Part shown: in pieces, positions 9,195-18,632 of the stretch | How the letters are laid out: each line of letters opens with the position of its first letter | Position numbering within the stretch: the stretch's first letter is position 1 | Assembly: GCA_040218735.1 (NCBI GenBank) | Contig: JAVJQW010000070.1 | Coordinates: 192,001-256,000, forward strand | DNA length: 64,000 nt | Direction: 5' to 3' | Source of the DNA: Deltaproteobacteria bacterium | GTDB lineage: Bacteria > Myxococcota > Kuafuiibacteriia > Kuafuiibacteriales > Kuafuiibacteriaceae | Position numbers and translations under genes: made by a program | Notes under the pieces: generated by a model | What the model was told of the DNA's origin: nothing | The model's input: only the letters and a program-made list of their open reading frames with translations | The model's database searches: none

Positions 9195-10820
9195 TCAACC
9201 CTTGCGCTGGGCCTCACGCCAGCCGCTGAGCAGATCGGCGTGCAGGAGGGGCCCAGCCTCGCGGTCGAACGCGTAGGCCTCCATCACGATCTTCGGCGTG
9301 GTGTGCCCCTCGTCGAGCCGCAGCTTCGGCGCGACGCCGAGCACGGACCACGGTGAGCTCGACGCGAGCTCGCGCGCGAGGTCGAGCGCCTCGACGGCGT
9401 CGAGGGTCTCCGGCAGCTCGAGCGTGAGCGCCACGGCATGTGCGGTGCGCCGCCCGCCGCGGCGGACGTCCGTCGCGCCGCTCACGTGCCGGTAGGGGAC
9501 GCGCACCACGTGGCCGTCGTCGGTCTCGAGCTCCAGCACTCGCGTCCGGAAGTTTCGCACCTGCCCGGCGGCGTCGCCCACGCTGACGTGGTCGCCCACG
9601 GTGAACGGGCGCTCCGCGGAGATCATCAAGCCCGCGATGACGTCCTTGATCGCGCCCCACGACAGCGCGATCAGCGCGAGCACGACGAGGCCCGCGAGGC
9701 CCGCCGTCACGGTGCTCTCGGTCTGCGAGAGGCGGGTGAAGAGCCACACGCCGATCGCCGCCCAGCCCGTCGCCTCGACGAACACCCACAGCCGGCTCAA
9801 CACCAGCGCGAGCTGATGGTTCGCGCGCGCCATACGCCGCACGACGAGCGCGGCGATCCTGAAGACGATGAACGCAAACAGCAGGACGCGCAGGAACGAC
9901 CACTGGGCCTTCACGATTCGGGCGATGAGATCGCGGAGGCCCTCCTCCTGAGGCTCTGTCGGAGCCTCGCGCGGCGGCGGACCGACGAACGCCTCGCGCG
10001 CCCCGCCGTCGCGGACACCCGCGTCCGGGGGATCCGATTCGGCGGGCTCGGGGTCCTTCTTGGCGACGGCGACCTTGTCCCGCTTGGTGCGCGAGCGTGC
10101 CGGCCCCGCCGGGCGAGCGAGCTTGGGGCCCATCGTCGGCGGCGGGGGCACCGCGGACATCGGCGGACCGACGAAGGCGTCGATGTCGACCGGAGTCCCG
10201 CCGTCGCGGGCAGGCCCTGCGCGAAGGGCGCCGGAGGCGCTCGCGTCGTCCCCGGCGGTCGTGTCCGTCCAGGCCTTGCCGTCCGGCGCTCCTGGCGCGG
10301 CACGCGTGGGGCCAGCACCGTCGTTCGGCGGTGACGCATCCCCGTCGGCGTCGGCGCCGCGCGGAGCGCTCCCCTGCTCCCCGTCCGAGGCGCGCGGTGC
10401 GGTTTTGGCGGAGGGCGGCTGGTCCCCGTCGGTCGCGCCCCCCTCGCCTTCGCGAGGTGTGCCCTTCGCGGCGGGCGGCGTGTCGGAGGCGTCTCCCTCG
10501 GCGTCGCGCGAGGTGGCCTTGGCGGAGGGCGGCGCGTCGGAGGCGCCACCCTCGGCGTCGCGCGGTGTGGCCTTGCCGGAGGGCGGCGCGTCGGAGGCGC
10601 CCCCCTCGGCATCGCGCGGCGTGGGCGGCGTGTCCCCGTCGGCCTTCGGCGCGGAGCGCGCAGCCCCACCGCCGTCGCGGTCCGCGGGTGCTTCCTTCTT
10701 CGCGCGTGGACCGGCGGGAGGCGCGACCGAACCACCGTCGCGCGCGCCGCCGTCGGAGGGCTGCGCGTTCGCCGGAGCGGCGACGGCCCACAGCGCCACC
10801 ACGATCCACCACGCCCTCAC
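9195..10820 (-). CDS. MscS-family mechanosensitive channel protein with long disordered exported N-terminus
   Basis: GTG at 10820 overlaps the upstream stop (GTGA); signal peptide VRAWWIVVALWAVAAPANA; 3 TMs, then IKDVIAGL..ERPFTVGDHV.VGD..GQV...TDDGHVVRVPY (MscS beta domain). Confidence 0.8.
   Translation of the reverse strand: MRAWWIVVALWAVAAPANAQPSDGGARDGGSVAPPAGPRAKKEAPADRDGGGAARSAPKADGDTPPTPRDAEGGASDAPPSGKATPRDAEGGASDAPPSAKATSRDAEGDASDTPPAAKGTPREGEGGATDGDQPPSAKTAPRASDGEQGSAPRGADADGDASPPNDGAGPTRAAPGAPDGKAWTDTTAGDDASASGALRAGPARDGGTPVDIDAFVGPPMSAVPPPPTMGPKLARPAGPARSRTKRDKVAVAKKDPEPAESDPPDAGVRDGGAREAFVGPPPREAPTEPQEEGLRDLIARIVKAQWSFLRVLLFAFIVFRIAALVVRRMARANHQLALVLSRLWVFVEATGWAAIGVWLFTRLSQTESTVTAGLAGLVVLALIALSWGAIKDVIAGLMISAERPFTVGDHVSVGDAAGQVRNFRTRVLELETDDGHVVRVPYRHVSGATDVRRGGRRTAHAVALTLELPETLDAVEALDLARELASSSPWSVLGVAPKLRLDEGHTTPKIVMEAYAFDREAGPLLHADLLSGWREAQRKG
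10441..10625. repeat. 54-bp coding tandem repeat (~3.4 copies; TPRDAEGGASDAPPSxKA)
   Basis: ccctcg unit starts at 10441, 10495, 10549 and 10603. Confidence 0.85.
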
Positions 10821-13800
10821 GCCAGCACCCCACGGTTCGCGAGCGCTTCGAGCACGAGCGGCTGCAGCAGCGGGTCGATCGACCACGCGCCGTTTTTGTC
10901 CGAGGCGAGCAGGCCCGCGCGTTCGAGATCGCCGAGGAGCCCCATCGCCTCCTCGCGCCCCACCCGGCAGATGCGCGCCATGCGCTGCGCCGTCACGGAG
11001 CGATGCAACATCACGTTCGCCAGCGCGGCGTACCACTTGAGCGGGAGCCGCATCAGGACGGAAGCGTCGGGCGCGGGCCGCACGGAGAGCGTCACCTGCC
11101 GCTCGCCCACGCTGACGATCGAGCGGCGCCACAGATCGATCGCGTCGCCGACGTTGCCGCGCGCGCGATCGTAGAGCGCCGTGAGGTGTCGGCGGTCCTC
11201 GAGCGAACGCACCGCCGAGAAGCGGCGGCGCTCGAAGTTGAGATCGAAGTCACTCGTCCGCTGCCGTAGCGAGAGCATCTCGATCATCTGCCGCTTCGCG
11301 AGCGGACGCAGGAACGCCGCACCGAGGAAGCTCCCCTGCAGCTGCAACAGCTCGTCGGCGTAGCGCCACGCGACGTCCGTCGAGGTGAGCAGGAAGAGGT
11401 GCCGATCCCCGAGGCGACGGAAGAGCTTCATCCACTGCTGCAGGGCCGCCAGGCCGCCGGGGGCGCGCTCGATCCATCGCCCGAGGTCGTCGATCAGCAC
11501 GACCGCGCCCGGCGGCAGCGCACGCAGGGCGCCCTCCGCGCTCTGGCCTTCACGCGCCTGCAGCGCCGACGTCACCGCTTCGTTCACCGCGTCCGGCGAC
11601 GCCGTACCTCCGGCGGGTGCGTTCACGCGCACTACGGTGGCCTCCGGGAGGAGCTCGCGCGCGACGATGTTCGCCATCGATGTCCGCCCGGAGCGCGGCG
11701 CACCGACGATCGCGATCGGGCCCGACGCGGTACCGCCCCAGCGTTCGACCATCTGCGTGACGCGCGCGATCTCCATCCGGCGGCCCACGAGCAGATCCGA
11801 CGTTTCGAGCGCAGCCCGCCCGAACAGGCGGCGGTAGATCAGCGGCAAGCTCGCTTGCACTTCGCTCTGCGGCGTGAGCGCCTCGCGCAGCTCGAGGAGC
11901 TCGTCGAGGAGCGTCCCGTCCGAAGTGCCCTTCACCCCGCGAACGCGACGCTGCGCGATTTCGTCGACCTTTCGCTCCACCCGCCCGCGGGCGCGCTCGA
12001 ACGCACGCGAGGCGCCGCGGACGATCGACTCACTCGGAATCTGCACACGCCCGGGCGACGACACCGCCGACGACCCCGCGCCGATAACGGCGTCCCGCGC
12101 GCCCTCCAGCGACCGCGCGGCGTCTTCGAGCAACCCGGCGCGCAGCGACACGACGTAGCCCTCGATGTCCTTGCGGGCCGCGGCGAGGCGCCCGAGGCGG
12201 TCCTCGACCACGCCACCGAGCGCGAGCGGGCCCGCGGCGTCCGGATCTTCGTCCTGCGAGGTCGCCGCTTGCTCCAGCTCGAACGCGACGAGGCGGACGC
12301 CGTCCACGAGCGCCTCTTGCGCGTCACGCACGCGGCGCGGCAGCTGATCGATCAACACGCGCGCCGGCTCGGCGAGCTGCTTTTCGACGAACACCTGCGC
12401 GAGGCGCCGCACCGGGTAGACGAGCTTCTCCCGCTCCGGGTTGCCCTCGGCGGCGGCGTCGAGGGCGCGTTCGGTCGAGGTCGTCACCTGCGACGGGAGC
12501 TTCTCGGCGGCGCGCGCGAGCGACGCGAGGAGGTTGTCGAACAACTCACGCGGCTCGGGGCGGTAGCGCTGCTCCCAGGTCGACCGCAGCTCGTCGGCCG
12601 CCGCGAGGAACGCCGCTTCGAAGTCGGGGCCCTCCTCCGCCTCGGCCTCGGCGGGCGCCTCGGGCTCGGCCGGCTCCGCGGGCGTCGACTCGGAGACCTC
12701 CTCCGCCTGCTCGCGGAGCTCGATCACCCGCTGCATGATCGCCTCGGCGCTCTCGATGGCGGCGATGGGCCCCTGCTCCAGCTCGCGCCGAACGCGCTGG
12801 AACAGCTGGTAGAGCGCGCGCCGTGAATCGATCGTCAGCGACGCGACGAGCAGATCGAGCTCCAGAGCCGAGACGATCGCGTCGTGCTGCTGCCGCCACA
12901 ACGCCGGGAGCTCGTCGAGCGCCTGCGCCGCCTTGCGGGACTGCCGCTGCTCCTTCGACGGCGACCACTCGGCCGCCTGTTCGACGATGTCTTCGCGCTC
13001 GAGCGCAGCGACGACCCGCTGCGCCGTTCGCGCCACAAGCAGGCGCGCGGAGCGGAACGACGCCTCGTTCGAGGACTCGAAGCGCTCCTTCACCCCCTCC
13101 GCCACGTCGAGGAGCGAGATCAGCTCCCGCGCGACGAGGTCCGAGAACGCCGCGACGTCGAGGGTCGACGACGGGTCGCTGTCGAGCTCCGCGAGCAGGT
13201 TCGCGAAGAACCGATCCGTGTCGTACGCGAGCCGACGAACGCGTCGAATGGCGTCGAAGCGGCGAACGCCGACCTGTCGCACCGCCTGATCGAGGTGCGC
13301 GAGGAACGGCGGCCCGAGGTGGTGCAAGGCAACTTGCCGCGCCGGGACGCGGCGCGGTGGCGGCCGTCGGTGCAGCCAGCGAATGCCGAGGCGCACGCGG
13401 AGCTTCTCCAGCCGTACGCCGAAGCGGTCGTTCGGTCGCGACTCCCAGTCGGCGGCGTCGGTCGGGACGAGCACCCACTCCGGCACCTCCTGCACCGCCG
13501 CCCACACGTCGCTCCGGAGCCGGTTGATTCCGTCGCGCGTCCGCTTCGGCCACGGGGGCTCGCGCCCGCCTACCCCGTCGCGCAGGGGGCGAATGCGTTC
13601 CATCGCCGACGTCGCGAAGCGGCTCTTCGCCCAGTCGACGAGACCGCGCGCCGCCTCTCGCCGACCGCCGCGACGGGCGAGCCGTCGCTCGAGCTGCGTG
13701 ATCTGCCGGACCTCGCGTGCCACCGCGTCGATGGCGACGTTCTCCTCGCGCATCGACGGCACCTGCACGCTGGTGTGGAAGCGCTCCGTCGCCTCGGTGA

Positions 13801-16099
13801 GCTGCTGCACCAAACGCCGCGTCACGGACTCCAGCTCGGGGATGGCGGGGGCGGCGACGTCGAGGATGTCGAACGTGTCCGTGTGCTCCTTCACGGCCGT
13901 CGCCTTCTCGAAGATGACCGGCGCCTCGGAGAAGATCTTCGCGGGGCGTACCAAGAGCGCGGTCCCGAGCGGCGCGAGCACGGCGTCGTTGCGCTGCACG
14001 AAGCCCTCGTCGTCGGTCGCCTCGAGCGCGTGCACCATGACGAGGTCCGCGAACTGCGACTCCTGGCGAATGCGGTCGGCGAGCGAGCCCTCCTCGGAGA
14101 GCGGCGCGAGCAGGACGGCCTCGGCCGTGACCCGTGCGTCCTCGATCATCGCTTCGAGCCGCTTCTTGGCGTCCGCCTCGTCGGCGCCGCGGCGGCCGTT
14201 CACGAGGATGCGCAGCTTCGAGTGTTTCCACTGCGCGCTGGTGAGGATCATGTGGGCGAGCGTCAGCATCAGCGGCCCGGTCGGGGCCTCGCCGTCCCAC
14301 CAGATGTCGATGCGCTCCCGTTTGCCGAAGCCGCGCGCGTCGTCGAGGCGGAGCATCAACACGCTGATGTCGAGCTCCAGCAGCCGCGTCGTCATGTCGG
14401 CGTACTCGATGCGGTGCCCCGCCTCGCGCGGCCACCCGAGGAGCACGACGTTCGACTCCATCCCTGCGAGCCCGAAGCTCGAGACCAGGTTCGGGATCGC
14501 GGTGTACGGGTTGTCGCAACCCTGCGAGCGCGCGAACAAGCCGGGGTACTCGGCCTCCAGCGCGGAGTCGACGCGCGCCTTCCGCGGCGCGCCCGGCACG
14601 AGGTCGAAGTGCGTGAGGATCCCGCGGTCGCCGACGATCGACTGGCCGAAGCGAATCATGTCGCGCCGACGCCGCCCGCGCGACAACAGGATCATGTTCG
14701 GACGCCAGTTGCGCGTGGCCGCGGTGGTGTCGGACTGCCTCAACCGCAAGAGCCCAGCGCGCACGACGGCCGACCACACGCCGCCCCACGTGTCACCCGA
14801 CTGCAAGACGAGTTGACGGCGCTTCAGGACCAAATAGATGAGGCCCATAATCACGATCGCGCCGAACATCGCGAGCGCGTTGATCTGGAACATCACCATG
14901 AAGCAGGCGACGGCGCCGAGCAGACTCACCCAGATCGGCACGCGGAACTGCGGGCGGAAGTCCGGCGACGCCCACCGCTCGAGTCCGCAGGCGAGGCACA
15001 AGAAGCCGTAGCAAGTGAGGAAGAACATCGAGATGATCGAGCCGACCAGCTCGAGCTCACCGACGAGGATGCCCGCCTCCGCGATCAGGATCGTGACGAC
15101 CAGCGCGACGCGCGGCTCCTCCCGCCCACGACCGAGGAACCGCGGGACGATGCCGTCGAACGCGAGCGCCTGGAGCGTCCGGGGCGCGCCAAGGATGCTG
15201 CCGAGCGCGCTGGAGAGCGTGGCGGCGAAGACCCCCGCGGTGACGAGGTGCGGCGACAGCGAGGTCCGCAGCAGGATGTTGTTGTCCTGCTGGAGCTGCT
15301 CGATCGTCGCCATGTCCGACAGGAGGAACGGCAGCCCGAGGTAGATGACCAAGCCGGTGACGATCGCGGCCATCGTGCCGATCGGGATCGCGCGCTTGGG
15401 ATCCTTGAGGTCCCCGGACATCCCGACGCCCGCCGTGAACCCGGTGACCGCCGGAAAGAACACCGCGAACACCGCCGCAAAAGCCGGCGCATTCGCAGGG
15501 GGCGTCAGCGCGACCGCGGTCTCCCCCGCGATCGCCGGGACGCCGGAACCCGCGACGATCGAGACCAACGACAGGACGATCGCCCCGAGCACGAACAGCT
15601 GCGACTTCAGCGCGATCGAAGTGCTGTAGAGCGTGAGGAGCGCCATCAGCACCAACGCGACGCTGCCGATGACGCGCAGGTTGTTCGTGTAGCCGTCGAC
15701 CGGCGTGAAGCCCGTCGCCGCGATGAACGCCTCCGCGAAACCGATGAGGTACAGACTCACACCGAGCGCGAGCGCGACGTACAGCGCCAGCCCGATCGCA
15801 CCGCCGATCGACAGGCCGAGCGAACGCGAGATGATGTAGTAGTTACCGCCCGTCTTGACGGTGTGGTTGGTCGCGATGGACGCGACCGAGAGCCCGGTCG
15901 TCACGCTGATCACGTGGGCGAGGAGCACCACGCCGATCGCTCCGCCGAGGCCGGCGTTGCCGACGACCCAGCCGAAGCGCTGGTACATGATCACGCCGAG
16001 GATCGTCAGGATGGACGGCGTGTAGACGCCGAGGAACGTCCCGAACTTGGCCTGTGAGGTCGCCTCGGCGGGCGTCGCTTCGACGGCGAGATCCTGCAC
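10817..16099 (-). CDS. SLC12/cation-chloride-cotransporter-like APC permease fused to a long helical region, a P-loop ATPase and a probable winged helix
   Basis: KFGTFLGVYTPSILTILGVIMY, FAVFFPAVTG...MSGDLKDP, RNWRPNMIL, RIDIWW; C-terminal GAPRSGRTS (Walker A-like) and VVLIDD (Walker B). Confidence 0.85.
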   Translation of the reverse strand: MQDLAVEATPAEATSQAKFGTFLGVYTPSILTILGVIMYQRFGWVVGNAGLGGAIGVVLLAHVISVTTGLSVASIATNHTVKTGGNYYIISRSLGLSIGGAIGLALYVALALGVSLYLIGFAEAFIAATGFTPVDGYTNNLRVIGSVALVLMALLTLYSTSIALKSQLFVLGAIVLSLVSIVAGSGVPAIAGETAVALTPPANAPAFAAVFAVFFPAVTGFTAGVGMSGDLKDPKRAIPIGTMAAIVTGLVIYLGLPFLLSDMATIEQLQQDNNILLRTSLSPHLVTAGVFAATLSSALGSILGAPRTLQALAFDGIVPRFLGRGREEPRVALVVTILIAEAGILVGELELVGSIISMFFLTCYGFLCLACGLERWASPDFRPQFRVPIWVSLLGAVACFMVMFQINALAMFGAIVIMGLIYLVLKRRQLVLQSGDTWGGVWSAVVRAGLLRLRQSDTTAATRNWRPNMILLSRGRRRRDMIRFGQSIVGDRGILTHFDLVPGAPRKARVDSALEAEYPGLFARSQGCDNPYTAIPNLVSSFGLAGMESNVVLLGWPREAGHRIEYADMTTRLLELDISVLMLRLDDARGFGKRERIDIWWDGEAPTGPLMLTLAHMILTSAQWKHSKLRILVNGRRGADEADAKKRLEAMIEDARVTAEAVLLAPLSEEGSLADRIRQESQFADLVMVHALEATDDEGFVQRNDAVLAPLGTALLVRPAKIFSEAPVIFEKATAVKEHTDTFDILDVAAPAIPELESVTRRLVQQLTEATERFHTSVQVPSMREENVAIDAVAREVRQITQLERRLARRGGRREAARGLVDWAKSRFATSAMERIRPLRDGVGGREPPWPKRTRDGINRLRSDVWAAVQEVPEWVLVPTDAADWESRPNDRFGVRLEKLRVRLGIRWLHRRPPPRRVPARQVALHHLGPPFLAHLDQAVRQVGVRRFDAIRRVRRLAYDTDRFFANLLAELDSDPSSTLDVAAFSDLVARELISLLDVAEGVKERFESSNEASFRSARLLVARTAQRVVAALEREDIVEQAAEWSPSKEQRQSRKAAQALDELPALWRQQHDAIVSALELDLLVASLTIDSRRALYQLFQRVRRELEQGPIAAIESAEAIMQRVIELREQAEEVSESTPAEPAEPEAPAEAEAEEGPDFEAAFLAAADELRSTWEQRYRPEPRELFDNLLASLARAAEKLPSQVTTSTERALDAAAEGNPEREKLVYPVRRLAQVFVEKQLAEPARVLIDQLPRRVRDAQEALVDGVRLVAFELEQAATSQDEDPDAAGPLALGGVVEDRLGRLAAARKDIEGYVVSLRAGLLEDAARSLEGARDAVIGAGSSAVSSPGRVQIPSESIVRGASRAFERARGRVERKVDEIAQRRVRGVKGTSDGTLLDELLELREALTPQSEVQASLPLIYRRLFGRAALETSDLLVGRRMEIARVTQMVERWGGTASGPIAIVGAPRSGRTSMANIVARELLPEATVVRVNAPAGGTASPDAVNEAVTSALQAREGQSAEGALRALPPGAVVLIDDLGRWIERAPGGLAALQQWMKLFRRLGDRHLFLLTSTDVAWRYADELLQLQGSFLGAAFLRPLAKRQMIEMLSLRQRTSDFDLNFERRRFSAVRSLEDRRHLTALYDRARGNVGDAIDLWRRSIVSVGERQVTLSVRPAPDASVLMRLPLKWYAALANVMLHRSVTAQRMARICRVGREEAMGLLGDLERAGLLASDKNGAWSIDPLLQPLVLEALANRGVLA

Positions 16100-16123
16100 G
16101 TGGGGGGTCCGCGGACCGGCGTA

Positions 16124-16900
16124 TCACCGCCAGTCGTTCTCGCCTTCGTCCACGACGCCGGGCGTATCGAGGACGATGCGCGGCATGTCGCAGCCGCGGA
16201 TGGTGATGTTCGGGACGTGGGCCGGATCGACGACGAGCGGGAGCCCCAGCGGGACGTCCTCCAGCCGCACGCGCTCGAACGCGAGTGAGGCCGGCTGCTC
16301 CGCGCGGCTGTCGACGTACAGCGCCTGCCCGCCCTGCGCCGCCGACGCGCGCGCCTTTCGGATCGTGACCCCGACGAGGCGGACCTCGGCGCCGGGTTTC
16401 AGGAAGAACGCCCCTCCCCGGGCGGCTTCGGTGTCCTCGACTTGGCTGTCCTCGAGCAGCAACGTCGCACCCGCGCCGACGCCGACGCCGCCGCCCTCGT
16501 CCGCGAAGGCGTGCCCGACGCGGAGGCGGTGCGCTTCGACGTTCCCGCCGTGCACGGTGAGCGCGCCGCCGAACGTCGAGCGCGCGTTCTGGACGTGGAC
16601 GTTGTGGAGCCGAACGTCGCCCGCGCGGACCTCGACGCCCTCGCCGCCCTCGATCGCCAAGGAGGACAGCTCGACGGCCCCGTCCACCTCGATCGAGACG
16701 GCGCCCTCGCCCAGCTCGATGCGCGTCAGATCGCCCGCGCCGCGTAAGGCACACGCGCGACGAATCGCGACCGGACCGTCGTAGCGGCCCGGCGCAATCT
16801 CCAGCACCGCGCCGATCGGCAGCTCGTCGAGGGTCTCGCCCAGCGAACGACCGGAGTCGTCCGGAAAGCGCAGGACGGATGTTTGCGATGCCTCGCTCAC
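16124..16900 (-). CDS. Right-handed beta-helix (pectin-lyase-like) protein
   Basis: GAVLEIAPGRYDGPVAI, LRGAG, repeated GGA/GGG motifs; start uncertain (GTG 16900 or up to 16945). Confidence 0.6.
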   Translation of the reverse strand: MSEASQTSVLRFPDDSGRSLGETLDELPIGAVLEIAPGRYDGPVAIRRACALRGAGDLTRIELGEGAVSIEVDGAVELSSLAIEGGEGVEVRAGDVRLHNVHVQNARSTFGGALTVHGGNVEAHRLRVGHAFADEGGGVGVGAGATLLLEDSQVEDTEAARGGAFFLKPGAEVRLVGVTIRKARASAAQGGQALYVDSRAEQPASLAFERVRLEDVPLGLPLVVDPAHVPNITIRGCDMPRIVLDTPGVVDEGENDWR

Positions 16901-16999
16901 AGGGACGCGGGTGCCACGGTGGCACGACTTGGGGGTCCGTTCCACTCGGCGACCGCCTCTCGAGCGCGGCCCGAATCTTCGGCCCGAAGGCCCCCTCGT

Positions 17000-17533
17000 T
17001 CAGGGTTTGGCCACCGACACCCGGACCGCTTCTCGCACCTGGTCGCCTCGCTCCACACGAACGAGGCCGAACCCGGGCGCGTAGGTGCTCCGGGAGATGA
17101 CGCGGTCGAGGCCCACCGGGCGCTCGGCGACGACGACGCACCCCGTGAAGGTCCCCGCCTTCACGGTGACCTTCGCGTCGGCCTGCTCCACGGTGTAGCG
17201 GGTCCGGTTGAACTGCCAGGACTTGCCGGCCGTGAGCGGCGCGACGAGGAGCGGCGGCCGGAACGCCGTCATCGTGTCGAGCCAGCCGGCGTCGCTCACG
17301 CGATCCTTCGTGCGCTCGAAGACCCAGGCCTCCGAGCGCTTCTTGTCGTCCTTCTCGACCACGGCGCGGTCGACGACGCACTCCACCGCCCGCTTCGGGT
17401 GTGGACCGCGCACGACGTCGGTCCACGTCGCTCCATTCGATAGACGATATTCAATGGTGTGACCCTTCTCGCACGGAAAGAAGTCCGCCGGGGCCGCGCC
17501 GACGAGGGCGAGGGTCAGGACCGGGACGATCAT
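17000..17533 (-). CDS. Secreted hypothetical protein (DUF3108/TapB-like)
   Basis: Signal peptide MIVPVLTLALVGAAP; VTVKAGTF.GC and YAPGFGLVR motifs; ATGA overlap with the upstream gene. Confidence 0.6.
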   Translation of the reverse strand: MIVPVLTLALVGAAPADFFPCEKGHTIEYRLSNGATWTDVVRGPHPKRAVECVVDRAVVEKDDKKRSEAWVFERTKDRVSDAGWLDTMTAFRPPLLVAPLTAGKSWQFNRTRYTVEQADAKVTVKAGTFTGCVVVAERPVGLDRVISRSTYAPGFGLVRVERGDQVREAVRVSVAKP

Positions 17534-18591
17534 CGTTTCTTCAACGCAACGACGCGGCTCTTGCTTCCGCCGGGGCTCCAGGACTCGATCTGCCCGCGCT
17601 CGACGACCAGGGCGCTCCCAGCGTCCCCCGGCTCGCCGATGCCGACGTCGGTCATGATCAGCCGCCCACGCTGCCGAACGAGCGGAACCCCGGGCTCTCC
17701 GTGCTCGACGGTGTCGGTCCGCGTGTGTCCGACGACCATCTGTGTCGTGTCCGTCATCGCGAGCGCATCCGTCAGGTCCCGGCGCACCACGCGCGCGTTG
17801 GCGACGCAGTAGGCCCGGTGCCACAGCGGGCCGAGCGGGTCGCGGAACAGGCCGTTGGGGTCGAGCTCCTGGTAGAACTTCGGACGCGAGCCCCACCCCT
17901 TCTGGGACATCGTCTCCAACCCCTCGATGCCGTGCTGCGCCCAACCCGGCGACAGGCCGCCGTGCACGAACAGGAGCGTCCCCACGCGAAACGCGATCGG
18001 GAGCGAGCGGATGTACGCGCCGTACGCGCCGTCCGGCCCCATCGCCGACCGGTAGGTTTCCTTGCCGGGGGCGTGGGCTTCTTCCCACGCGCGGAGTCGA
18101 CCGCCGATCGGCTGCACGAAGGCCGGCACGTCGGGGGCACCGAGTAGCTCGTAGAGGAAGCGCGTCCGATCCGCGTAGAACCGATCGATCTCCGCGTTCG
18201 TCGCGAACTCCATGTACTCGTCCGCCGAGACGTACGCCTCGTGGCCGAGCACCGACATCACCTCGTGGTTGCCGAGGAGCCAGTAGACCTCCCCGCCGGC
18301 TTCGCGCGCCTCCTCGCGGAGCCGCATGATCAGGTCCATCGACGCACGCGCCATGGTGCCGCGGTTGGGGATGTCGCCCATCTGGACGAGCACCGTGCGC
18401 CCCCCGCACCACGCGCCGTTCTTCTTGATGAGCTTGAGACCCATCAGCATCCGCGTGAGGACGTTGTATTGCGCGTTGAGGTCCCCGATGATCACCAGCC
18501 GCTGTGGCAGATCGATCTCGAGCTCCCAGGGAGGACACGGCCTTCGCGTCTCGCCGAGGTCTTGTGCTTCTGCTGTCTTTGGCCCCGCCAT
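17530..18591 (-). CDS. Metallophosphoesterase, Shewanella-like (Shelph) phosphatase type
   Basis: GDLNA, QMGDIPNRG, GNHE, FVHGG, GPLWHR, VVGHT, TDVGI. Confidence 0.85.
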   Translation of the reverse strand: MAGPKTAEAQDLGETRRPCPPWELEIDLPQRLVIIGDLNAQYNVLTRMLMGLKLIKKNGAWCGGRTVLVQMGDIPNRGTMARASMDLIMRLREEAREAGGEVYWLLGNHEVMSVLGHEAYVSADEYMEFATNAEIDRFYADRTRFLYELLGAPDVPAFVQPIGGRLRAWEEAHAPGKETYRSAMGPDGAYGAYIRSLPIAFRVGTLLFVHGGLSPGWAQHGIEGLETMSQKGWGSRPKFYQELDPNGLFRDPLGPLWHRAYCVANARVVRRDLTDALAMTDTTQMVVGHTRTDTVEHGEPGVPLVRQRGRLIMTDVGIGEPGDAGSALVVERGQIESWSPGGSKSRVVALKKR

Positions 18592-18632
18592 CGAATTCGC
18601 CCGGCGTCGAGCGGCGGCGACTATAGCCCACA

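Noticed and set aside
10441-10625. CRISPR-like array
   Set aside because: Contiguous in-frame 54-bp coding repeats with no unique spacers and no cas genes.
12884-16057. 1057-aa plus-strand ORF, and similar long antisense ORFs (3864-5915, 6446-8698, 22602-25685, 38964-41414, 58031-60811)
   Set aside because: Antisense shadows of motif-bearing genes; high GC3 codon usage leaves the opposite strand stop-poor, and they carry no recognisable motifs.
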